Assembly (NCBI GenBank): GCA_963675595.2 | Contig: CAXXLZ010000002.1 | Span: 1,920,001-1,984,000, forward strand | DNA: 64,000 nucleotides | Reading direction: 5' to 3' | Origin: Thermodesulfobacteriota bacterium | GTDB taxonomy: Bacteria; Desulfobacterota; Desulfarculia; JACQYL01 | Shown here: positions 12,047-19,567 of the stretch, piece by piece | Numbering within the stretch: position 1 is the stretch's first letter | Layout: the number at the start of each line of letters is the position of its first letter | Program-made: the position numbers and the translations under genes | Notes under the pieces: model-generated | Told to the model about the DNA's origin: nothing | Seen by the model: only the letters and a program-made list of their open reading frames with translations | Database searches by the model: none

Positions 12047-12970
12047 ATGAATGAAGTCGGTACTCCCGTTGTTTTCGCGGCCTTCGGAACTCGAACCCGC
12101 GCCCGAATGACCTACGCCTTTATGCACCGGGAATTCTCCGCACATTTCCCGAATCACGAGATTCTTTGGGCCTACACCGCCCGCAGCATTCCCAAGACAA
12201 GAAATTCGGATTCAGGAGACCCCGTGCTGAGCGTCAAAGAAGCCCTGAGTCTTCTGGCGTCCAGAGGTCACGAACGCTGCATCCTCCAGTCCCTGCACGT
12301 CTTGCCCGCTTGGGAATTTCACCATCTGATCCGGGAAACGAGGGAATCGGGACCTCCGTTGGACGTCTCCGTGGGCGCTCCTCTGCTGGCGGGACCTTCG
12401 GACTATGTTCCCGTGCTGGAAGCCCTGGGCGCTAAGCTTGCGCCGCAAGACGGAGAAGCCGTGGTCCTTGTCGGTCACGGCACGGATCATCCGTCCGTCG
12501 CCATGTATGAAACCTTCAACGGCTTCGTCGGAAAAATGTGGGGCCCCCGGGTCTGGATGGAACTCGTCCAGTGGGCGGAGCCCCAGGAACCGATGGAAGC
12601 CAGAGCGGCACGCCTCGGGGTGGACCGCGTGCGTTTTGTTCCGTTCCTCATCGTGGCCGGAGAGCATGTCAAAAACGACGTCATGGGACCTCACGAGACG
12701 TCCTGGCGCAACCGGCTCCGGAAGGCCGGCGTCTCCTGTGTTTGTGACTGGGAAGGCCTCGGTATGCTTCCGGCGATCAGCCTCCGTTTTTCCGAACATG
12801 TAGGAACCGCCTTGAGTAATCTGTTCGCGGCCGAACGCCCCAAACGATTCAAGGGGCTGATCCTGGATGCGGCCGAAAGGTCGACACGAAATTTCCCCAA
12901 ACCGACCCGTGCGGCCTCGGGGAAAACGTCCTGCGCCAATCTGAGTCTGGTGGCCGAGACCGCCCTTTAG
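12047..12970 (+). CDS. cbiK: Sirohydrochlorin cobaltochelatase (CbiK family)
   Basis: AAFGT, WAYT, QSLHV, VGHGT and PFLIVAGEHVKND motifs; preceded by a B12 riboswitch. Confidence 0.88.
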   Translation: MNEVGTPVVFAAFGTRTRARMTYAFMHREFSAHFPNHEILWAYTARSIPKTRNSDSGDPVLSVKEALSLLASRGHERCILQSLHVLPAWEFHHLIRETRESGPPLDVSVGAPLLAGPSDYVPVLEALGAKLAPQDGEAVVLVGHGTDHPSVAMYETFNGFVGKMWGPRVWMELVQWAEPQEPMEARAARLGVDRVRFVPFLIVAGEHVKNDVMGPHETSWRNRLRKAGVSCVCDWEGLGMLPAISLRFSEHVGTALSNLFAAERPKRFKGLILDAAERSTRNFPKPTRAASGKTSCANLSLVAETAL

Positions 12971-13034
12971 GTTTCCATTCGCCCCATTGGAAGCAGGCAT
13001 CCGACGACCGGCTCACCCGTCGGTTCCTTCCACC

Positions 13035-13064
13035 AAAAAAAGCGAGGCCCAAGGGCCTCGCTTT
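13035..13064 (-). terminator. Rho-independent terminator of array unit 1
   Basis: Minus strand AGCGAGGCCC-TT-GGGCCTCGCT followed by a T-run. Confidence 0.85.
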
Positions 13065-13089
13065 CGTTCTTCGGCTGAATTAAGATTGC

Positions 13090-13782
13090 CTAGCTTCGGC
13101 GCCGTCTACGCAACCCCACCAGGCCCAGCAAGCCCGAGCCCAGCAGCCAAACCGCGGCGGGGACGGGAACGGAAGAGGTGGTGAGGGATACCAGCGAGTA
13201 GTCCGATCCTTTTCCCTGCGTCCACGGCACATGCTGCGGCCCATGCCTGTCAATCGGCGCCGTGAAGAGAATGCTGGTCACCGCCGTCGTTCCGAAGGGG
13301 TTGGTCAGCAGCCAAGCGCCGCCGGAGTTGTACAGGGCCGCTTCCACGTTGGACAGGGCGCCCGAACCGTCCCAGGTGCCGCTGGTATCGCCCGTGGCCT
13401 TAAGGGTGTAGACTCCGGTTTCCCCGTTGATGCTCATCCACGCACGCTCGTCGACCTTGTCGCCGTAGGCTGATTTCGGGCCGGCCGGTTCTTTCTGATA
13501 CAGAAACCCCAGGACCAATGATTCGATGATCTGGGGGGTATCGAACTCGATGAGGATCGATTCGTTCTCTCCGTCCATCTCCGTGCCCTCATACCCGGTG
13601 GTGATCCCCACACCCGTGACGCCGCCGACGGTCTTGACCGTATAGCTGCCTCCCGAAGGCGTAAGCGTGGCGCCTGAAACGTTGGACAGGTCGTCGGTGC
13701 CGAAGTTGATCGTCAGAGCGTTCGCAGCCCCCGCGAATCCCAACATCAGAATCAATATGCTCAACATGCTCCACGTTCTCAT
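13090..13782 (-). CDS. VPLPA/PEP-CTERM sorting-domain surface protein (unit 1)
   Basis: Signal peptide ending AANA; C-terminus VPVPAAVWLLGSGLLGLVGLRRRRRS; GGAGAG RBS before ATG at 13782. Confidence 0.92.
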   Translation of the reverse strand: MRTWSMLSILILMLGFAGAANALTINFGTDDLSNVSGATLTPSGGSYTVKTVGGVTGVGITTGYEGTEMDGENESILIEFDTPQIIESLVLGFLYQKEPAGPKSAYGDKVDERAWMSINGETGVYTLKATGDTSGTWDGSGALSNVEAALYNSGGAWLLTNPFGTTAVTSILFTAPIDRHGPQHVPWTQGKGSDYSLVSLTTSSVPVPAAVWLLGSGLLGLVGLRRRRRS

Positions 13783-13825
13783 GACTGCTCTCCTTTCCTG
13801 GTCTCGATTGAATTCCCGCCGCTCC

Positions 13826-13926
13826 AAAAAAAAGACGCCGAGTCGCCTATCGCGGCAACCCGGCTGTCTTCTTGAGACCCGTGGCTTTCCGTCCCCGCCT
13901 CGCGACGGGTTTGGCATGATCACGAT
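13826..13926 (-). ncRNA. c-di-GMP-I (GEMM-I) riboswitch with overlapping terminator (unit 1)
   Basis: GCCAAACC-CGTC-GCGA-GGCG-GGGACGGAAAGCCACGGGTCTC...GACAGCCGGGTTGCCG, then GGCGACTCGGC and a T-run. Confidence 0.92.
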
Positions 13927-13941
13927 TACGCTTCTACTTCA

Positions 13942-13958
13942 GGCAACTTTCGGGCCGG
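13942..13958 (-). promoter_or_regulatory. sigma54 promoter (unit 1)
   Basis: CCGGCCCGAAAGTTGCC, GG-N10-GC spacing, immediately upstream of the aptamer. Confidence 0.75.
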
Positions 13959-14047
13959 CATACTTTCGGATCGGAATATTTCATAAAGATAGGTAAATTG
14001 AAATACTTACATAACGCGCGATTTCATCCGCCGAGCGGACCCGTACG

Positions 14048-14088
14048 AATCGGGCATAAATTCCCTGTTTGGCCGGGAACCTTCTCCC
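14048..14088. promoter_or_regulatory. Paired candidate enhancer sites (unit 1)
   Basis: GGGCATAAATTCCC at 14052 and GGGAACCTTCTCCC at 14075, 23 bp apart; same layout in units 2 and 3. Confidence 0.65.
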
Positions 14089-14164
14089 TGAATCCCGGAA
14101 AACCCGTGGCTGAGGCTCCCGAATCTCTCCTCCGGCAAATGCCCGACACCGGGCCGAGCGCACT

Positions 14165-14195
14165 AAAAAAGGAGGCCCCTCTATTGGAACCTCCT
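14165..14195 (-). terminator. Rho-independent terminator of unit 2
   Basis: Minus strand AGGAGGTTCC...GGGGCCTCCT followed by a T-run. Confidence 0.75.
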
Positions 14196-14226
14196 GATCT
14201 TCCATCATGAAGTCGGTTTCAGACGG

Positions 14227-14958
14227 TTATTTGGCGCGCCTTCTCCGCATTCCCACCAAGCCCAACAGGCCGGAGCCCAGCAGCCAAACCGCCGCGGGAA
14301 CCGGTACCGGAGCGCCCAGGGCGATACCGCCGGACCCGCCGTACGTAAAGGTTACCTCGTCGATGCCGGAGAAGCCAAGCTCCGCCGTGGTGAACCCCTT
14401 GATGTAGTTGGCCGTGTTGTCGCCGCCCCAGTCGATGGTGGCGTCCCTGAGAGTTTTCAGGTCCGCGAAATTCCATGTGACGTCCGCGGCGGCCCCGCTG
14501 TCGGAAAACGTTACCTTGTACTTGCTCGCTTCGAACGACTCCACGTCCACCACGCTGAAGTCAAAGAAATCCAGGGGACTGTTGGAGAAGTCGATGGTGA
14601 TGACCCCGCCGGCCGACGTGTCGTTGGGCCTCGGGGGAGTATTCAGGTAATTGTTGTTTTCGGGCAAAATCATCAGATTGCCCAACGCATTGTTTTCGTA
14701 ATGGGTCGCGATGTTTCCTCCGGTCCAACCCGTATTGTACTGCAGGTCCGGGTCCGCGGTGCCGGTTTCGTTGCTGTCGAATACCACGGCAACGTCGTTG
14801 GCGTTCGAATCATAGTTGTTTACCGCGGATATACTCCCCGTGCCAACGGTGGAGATCACGTCGCCGTTTGAGTACCCGTCCAACAGGTTGGCCTGTGCGC
14901 TGGGTACGCACAGAACAAGCAGCAGCGCCGTAAATACCAAGGTGATTTTCTTTTTCAT
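14227..14958 (-). CDS. VPLPA/PEP-CTERM sorting-domain surface protein (unit 2)
   Basis: Signal peptide ending AQA; Asn/Asp/Thr-rich body; C-terminus VPVPAAVWLLGSGLLGLVGMRRRRAK. Confidence 0.93.
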   Translation of the reverse strand: MKKKITLVFTALLLVLCVPSAQANLLDGYSNGDVISTVGTGSISAVNNYDSNANDVAVVFDSNETGTADPDLQYNTGWTGGNIATHYENNALGNLMILPENNNYLNTPPRPNDTSAGGVITIDFSNSPLDFFDFSVVDVESFEASKYKVTFSDSGAAADVTWNFADLKTLRDATIDWGGDNTANYIKGFTTAELGFSGIDEVTFTYGGSGGIALGAPVPVPAAVWLLGSGLLGLVGMRRRRAK

Positions 14959-14987
14959 CAGGTCGCCCTCCTCTCTTTCCGTATCTC

Positions 14988-15093
14988 AAAAAAATAAAAC
15001 AGCCGGATTGCCTACTTCGCGGCAACCCGGCTGTCTGCTTGAGACCCGTGGCTTTCCGTCCCCGCCTCGCGACGGGTTTGGCATGATCACGAT
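14988..15093 (-). ncRNA. c-di-GMP-I riboswitch with overlapping terminator (unit 2)
   Basis: Aptamer nearly identical to unit 1; ACAGCCGGGTTGCC pairs with downstream GGCAATCCGGCTGT, followed by a T-rich run. Confidence 0.92.
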
Positions 15094-15108
15094 TGTGCTC
15101 CCTTCTTA

Positions 15109-15125
15109 TGCAACTTTCGGGCCGG
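15109..15125 (-). promoter_or_regulatory. sigma54 promoter (unit 2)
   Basis: CCGGCCCGAAAGTTGCA, GG-N10-GC spacing. Confidence 0.75.
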
Positions 15126-15204
15126 CATACTTTCAAATCGGAAACATTTAAAAACACATGTGAGCTAAGGTAGTTGCACAAAGAACAATTTCATCGGCCG
15201 AACA

Positions 15205-15245
15205 AATCGGGCGCCATTTCCCTCTTATGACGGGAAACCGCTCCC
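15205..15245. promoter_or_regulatory. Paired candidate enhancer sites (unit 2)
   Basis: GGGCGCCATTTCCC at 15209 and GGGAAACCGCTCCC at 15232, 23 bp apart. Confidence 0.65.
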
Positions 15246-15320
15246 TAAATCCCGAAAGAACCGCCGTCGAGGTTCGACGCTTATTATCCCCGGCGGATGT
15301 CCCGTGACGGTCCGGAATAA

Positions 15321-17231
15321 ATCGAGTAGGAGGGTTCCTTGCGGTTCCCTCCTCTCACACCACCGGGCATACCTGCTCGGTACCACGGCGGTTTCCGTTG
15401 GACTCAAGCTTCACAAACCTTGCGGTCGGGCTGACGAGCCCCTGCTTGTCGAACCAGTCGTTGGTCATGGCGTGGCATGCCTGTGGCGTCAGGGCCTTGC
15501 GCCACCAGCCCTTGCCGGACAGCGCCATTCGCCAAGAGTTCCACTCCGGCTCTCCACGCTCCATCAGGAATTTTGCCATGGCGAAGGCTCGTTTGCATTG
15601 TTTCAATCGGAAGCAACGCAGTCTGCGCCTTATCCACGCATCCAGGTTCCCAAGCTGCCTCCGGCAGCTTGCCAGTCGGAAGTAGGTCACCCAGCCGGAC
15701 AGGAACTCGTTCAGTTTCCTGATGCACTCATCAAACGGCATGGACCGATTTCTCCGCGTCAGTTCACGTATCCGAGCCTTGGCCCGCTTCATGCTCTGGG
15801 GGGCGATCACCAGCAGCCCTTCCACATGAAGTCGGTAGCCGAGAAACTTGCGTTCCGACACGTGGGCCACCGCACTTTTGGCCCCGTTCACCCGCAGCTT
15901 AAGCCGCTTCTCCAAGAACCGTGTGATGGATTCCATAACCCGCTTTCCCGCCGCCGGGCTTTGGACGTAGATGTTGCAGTCGTCGGCATAGCGGCAGAAG
16001 CGGTGTCCCCTCCTCTCCAGTTCCTTGTCCAGGTCGTCGAGCAGGAGATTCGCCGGTAACGGCGATAATGGCCCCCCTGCGGCGTCCCTTCGTACCGGGT
16101 CACACATACGCCGTTTGTCATGATTCCCGCAGTCAGAAACCGCCGGATGATCCTCAGCAGACGTTTGTCGCCGATGCGGCGAGCGAGCCTGGACATCAGA
16201 ATGTCGTGATTGACCCGGTCGAAGAACTTCTCCAGGTCGCAATCCACGACTATCGCGCGGCCCTGTTCCACATACCGGCTTGCCTGCATCAGGGCGTCAT
16301 GTGCTCCCCTTCCAGGACGGAATCCGAAGCTGGATTCGGAAAAGGTGGGATCAAGGATTGGGGTCAACACTTGCAGGATCGCCTGTTGGATCACCCGGTC
16401 CACCGTCGTCGGAATGCCCAGTTGCCGCATTCCGCCGCCGGGTTTGGGGATGTCCACACGCTTTATGGGCTGCGGCCTGTAACTGCCCTGCATAAGCGAG
16501 GCGATCAACTCGTTCTTGTGCGTCCTTAGCCAGTCCCCAAGCTCATGGACACTCAACCCGTCCACGCCCGGCGACCCCTTGTTGGCTTTGACGCGCTGGT
16601 AGGCCTTGTTGAGGTTTGCCGGGCGGCAAATCCTCTCCATAAGGTCCTGCGCCAAGGCTCGTCCTTCGTCCGATGCCGTGGGAACTCCATGCTCCCCGTG
16701 CGCGCCCGCTCCGGTTCCGCCTTCGCCGGTTGCGCCGGGGCCTCGGGACAGCGGCTCTCCAAAAAGCTCCAGTTGCCGCTGCGGCCCTGTTTGCCGCCTC
16801 CTTGTTCCCATCGAATCTCGCGTGACTGCTCCTTGCTCCAACGGATTCGGCCCTTCAGCCGCCAAAGGCGCGGCCTACTATGGCCTCTGCTGACTGCTCC
16901 GCACCCCTCCCGGCACATCGCTGTACCGATAGCCGGGATCGTCCCGGCAGATGCGGAGAGCTCCCAGGGTAAGGCGTGACCCTTTCCCCCGGCCCTCGCC
17001 GGATTTACCTGCGCACGCGTCCGGGTGATTATGGGGCGTCCCCGTCCAATGCCGGGTTACCCCGCTGCGCCAGCCTAATTATCCGGTTTCTGTTCGTCGA
17101 GTCCGGGTTTTGCCTCCGGCTTCCTCCAGACCCCGCCTCACGACGACGCCTTTGCCATTGGCTAATGGTTCCGATCACCAAGGCCCACAGAGGACTTGCA
17201 CCTCATAAGATTCACGCCATGCCTGGCACAC
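15321..17231 (-). mobile_element. Group II intron, class IIC
   Basis: 5' GTGTG begins immediately after a terminator stem and TTTTCT; 3' end has a short domain V with CGC triad (AACCGCCG...CGGTGGT), domain VI and CTACTCGAT; encodes an RT. Confidence 0.92.
15355..16811 (-). pseudogene. ltrA: Group II intron RT/maturase, frameshifted at about 16070-16077
   Basis: PGVDG, IPKPGGGMRQLGIP, DLEKFFD and GTPQGG in one frame; PLSP, RYADD and GWVTYF in the next; no endonuclease domain; start uncertain. Confidence 0.9.
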
Positions 17232-17257
17232 AGAAAAGAGGCCCCTTCCGGGGCCTC
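17232..17257 (-). terminator. Terminator of unit 3, also the intron target hairpin
   Basis: GAGGCCCC-GGAA-GGGGCCTC-TTTTCT; the T-rich tract resumes (TTATT) after the intron 3' end. Confidence 0.85.
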
Positions 17258-17298
17258 ACCGCTTTCTTTCGATGTCTCTCTACCGACGGATCGGTTAC

Positions 17299-17973
17299 TT
17301 AGCTCCTGCGACGTCTACGCAATCCCACCAGACCCAGCAATCCGGAGCCCAAGAGCCACACCGCCGCGGGAATCGGCACCGAACTGGTTTCGATGGACAT
17401 GATGGAGAAGTCGGACAACGAAGCGCTGGAGGCCGGCGAATTCACGTAGAACAGTATGCTGCTCACCGCCTTCCCATTGAAAAGGTCCGTCATCAACCAC
17501 ACACCGCCGGAACCATCTTCGCCCGGAGACACGTTGCTCCAACCTCCAATGCCGTCGGTACCGCCGGTGACTGCAGTGGTCGCGGTGTCCGCGGTGATGA
17601 AGGCGTTGGCCGATACGGGCCGGTTGGCGTAGTCCGTATCATAGCTGAAAAGAGCGGTCTCATCCACGACGTCGCCATAGTTGCCGGATGTATACAACGC
17701 CGAAATCTGCACACTGTCGATATATTGCGGCGTATCGAATGCCACCAGAACCCACTCGCCGGTACCGACTCCGTCGATTTCACCGCTCACGTTGCCGCCC
17801 TGCACGCCGTATCCCGTATACCCCTGCCATGTCCTGGAGATAATCGTTCCCGAACTGGTAATCGTAACCCCCGCCTGAGAGGCGGTCAGGTCATTGATGG
17901 TGTACGCGCCCGCCAATCCGGCCGTACCCAGCATCAAAGCCAAGCACAAAACGATCAAAGACAGCTTTTTCAT
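17299..17973 (-). CDS. VPLPA/PEP-CTERM sorting-domain surface protein (unit 3)
   Basis: Signal peptide ending AGA; C-terminus VPIPAAVWLLGSGLLGLVGLRRRRRS. Confidence 0.93.
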   Translation of the reverse strand: MKKLSLIVLCLALMLGTAGLAGAYTINDLTASQAGVTITSSGTIISRTWQGYTGYGVQGGNVSGEIDGVGTGEWVLVAFDTPQYIDSVQISALYTSGNYGDVVDETALFSYDTDYANRPVSANAFITADTATTAVTGGTDGIGGWSNVSPGEDGSGGVWLMTDLFNGKAVSSILFYVNSPASSASLSDFSIMSIETSSVPIPAAVWLLGSGLLGLVGLRRRRRS

Positions 17974-18190
17974 GGTCTTCCTCCCTCTTCTTCAGAACAA
18001 ACTTCCAAAATTTCCAAGCTTAACCTCGATCGTCGCCGAGCCCCAGCCCAGCTTCAGGGTCCCTGAGAACTCAAGACGGAACCCATTCATTCCATTGCCG
18101 CATTCGACGATCTTCCGGCCCCATTGCCTTGCGACCTCTTCGTTATCCATCTCTATCGGGTCGCTGCGCCGCTTCATGGGATCGATCCAC

Positions 18191-18286
18191 AAAAAAAGCC
18201 GGACCGCCCCATTGTGGCAACCCGGCTGTCTTCTTGAGACCCGTGGCTTTCCGTCCCCGCCTCACGGCGGGTTTGGCTTGTTCACG
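18191..18286 (-). ncRNA. c-di-GMP-I riboswitch with overlapping terminator (unit 3)
   Basis: GCCAAACCCGCC-GTGA-GGCGGGGACGGAAAGCCACGGGTCTC...AGCCGGGTTGCC, then GGCGGTCCGGCT and a T-run. Confidence 0.92.
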
Positions 18287-18308
18287 TACTACCTTGCATC
18301 AATACTAT

Positions 18309-18325
18309 AGCAAATCACATACCAA
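18309..18325 (-). promoter_or_regulatory. sigma54 promoter (unit 3)
   Basis: TTGGTATGTGATTTGCT, close to the TGGCACG-N4-TTGCW consensus. Confidence 0.8.
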
Positions 18326-18403
18326 AAAACAAAAAAATGAAATATACAGCAACATCGGAATGTTACCCAAATATGGAGCCCTTACGGCATCAAAAAATCG
18401 GGA

Positions 18404-18444
18404 AATCGGGTCCGACTTCCACTGATTATCGGGAAACGATTCCG
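18404..18444. promoter_or_regulatory. Paired candidate enhancer sites (unit 3)
   Basis: GGGTCCGACTTCCA at 18408 and GGGAAACGATTCCG at 18431, 23 bp apart. Confidence 0.6.
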
Positions 18445-18469
18445 CAAAGCACTCACTTGGTCCTCCACG

Positions 18470-18494
18470 AAAAAAGGCCCCTCGCGGGGGCCTC
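18470..18494 (-). terminator. Rho-independent terminator of unit 4
   Basis: Minus strand AGGCCCCC-GCGA-GGGGCC followed by TTTTTT. Confidence 0.75.
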
Positions 18495-18559
18495 CGATTC
18501 ATAGGTTGGTTTGTCTTTTTATGGGGTGGTCGACTGCTCCACTGATCCTTATGCATCCG

Positions 18560-19252
18560 TTATGATCGGATCCGCCTTCGCTTCAGGCCCATCAGGCCCA
18601 GCAGTCCGGAGCCAAGGAGCCATGCGGCCGCCGGCAGCGGAACCTCCGCGGTCGCCAAAGATACCAACGCGAAGTCGGAGTTCGCGAAGCCGGGCACCTG
18701 GAACTCATTGGGAGCGGTGAACATAATGCTTGTCACCGTCGTGGTGCCGAAAGGATTGGTCAGCGTCCAAGCGCCGCCGAAGTTCTGAACGGCTTGCTCC
18801 AGGTTGCTCACCCCACCGGACCCGCTCCAGGTGGCCGTTGTCGGTCCAGTCGCTTGCAGGGTAAAAGGAGTCCCGTTGTTGTTGATATCGATCAACGCTC
18901 TTTCATTCACCTTGTCGCTGTAGATCGCTCCGGTCCCTCCATCGGAGGGGTACAGGAACCCAATGACCAACTCCGTGATGATCTGCGGTTCATCGAACAC
19001 GATCTGAATCCATTCGTTCAAACCGTCCAACTCTTTGCTTTCGTTGCCCCCCACGATACCGATGCCTGTGATGGTCCCCAGGGTTCGTACCCCGAAATTG
19101 GACGATCCCGTAATCGATCCGCCGGGTAGAAGAATATTATTCGTAGTATTATCGGCCGGAAAATCGCCGGGACCAAAGGTCAGCGCATTGGCCGCTCCGG
19201 CGAATCCCAGCATCAAGATCAAGGCGCTGAGAGTGCTGATTGTCTTTCTCAT
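18560..19252 (-). CDS. VPLPA-CTERM sorting-domain surface protein (unit 4)
   Basis: Signal peptide LMLGFAGAANA shared with unit 1; C-terminus VPLPAAAWLLGSGLLGLMGLKRRRIRS. Confidence 0.93.
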   Translation of the reverse strand: MRKTISTLSALILMLGFAGAANALTFGPGDFPADNTTNNILLPGGSITGSSNFGVRTLGTITGIGIVGGNESKELDGLNEWIQIVFDEPQIITELVIGFLYPSDGGTGAIYSDKVNERALIDINNNGTPFTLQATGPTTATWSGSGGVSNLEQAVQNFGGAWTLTNPFGTTTVTSIMFTAPNEFQVPGFANSDFALVSLATAEVPLPAAAWLLGSGLLGLMGLKRRRIRS

Positions 19253-19567
19253 GGCCCGCTTCCTTTCTTTTCCAAGCTTCGGAAAATTCTCCGGTCCCTT
19301 GAAAACCGGACCGCTTACCCTATTGTAAAAACCCTGCCGCCTAGTTGTACTTCATGCTTCACCTCGCGGCGGGTCGCGTTTGATCATGTCTTACATTTTA
19401 CTATAATTCCTTATAAACCGAATTCAAGATGGAAAAAACGGAACAAGCCATTCGACACAAAACACGCATTCACTTCAGTGTCTTTGTTTCCAAGCGAATG
19501 CGTACCGTCGAGCCACGAAATACCACATCCGACATGCATCGATTCAATCGGGCGTGGGTTTGCAGCC

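Noticed and set aside
13910-13920. cGAMP-selective (A20) riboswitch subclass
   Set aside because: The discriminating position is G in all three copies.
13783-13923. 47-aa N-terminal extension of unit 1 shown in the ORF track
   Set aside because: It is a translation of the riboswitch; the signal peptide and RBS point to ATG 13782.
17992-18192. 66-aa ORF between the unit 3 riboswitch and gene
   Set aside because: It starts inside the terminator T-tract with no RBS or recognisable motif; treated as a long leader.
13826-18286. CRISPR array or IS ends suggested by the ~75-bp repeats
   Set aside because: The copies are kilobases apart and match a riboswitch aptamer. No spacers or cas genes are present in the window.
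13090-19252. Diversity-generating retroelement or retron (RT next to variable surface genes)
   Set aside because: The RT has PQG/YADD motifs plus group II intron ends and domains V/VI. I found no template/variable repeat pair with adenine-specific mismatches and no avd gene.
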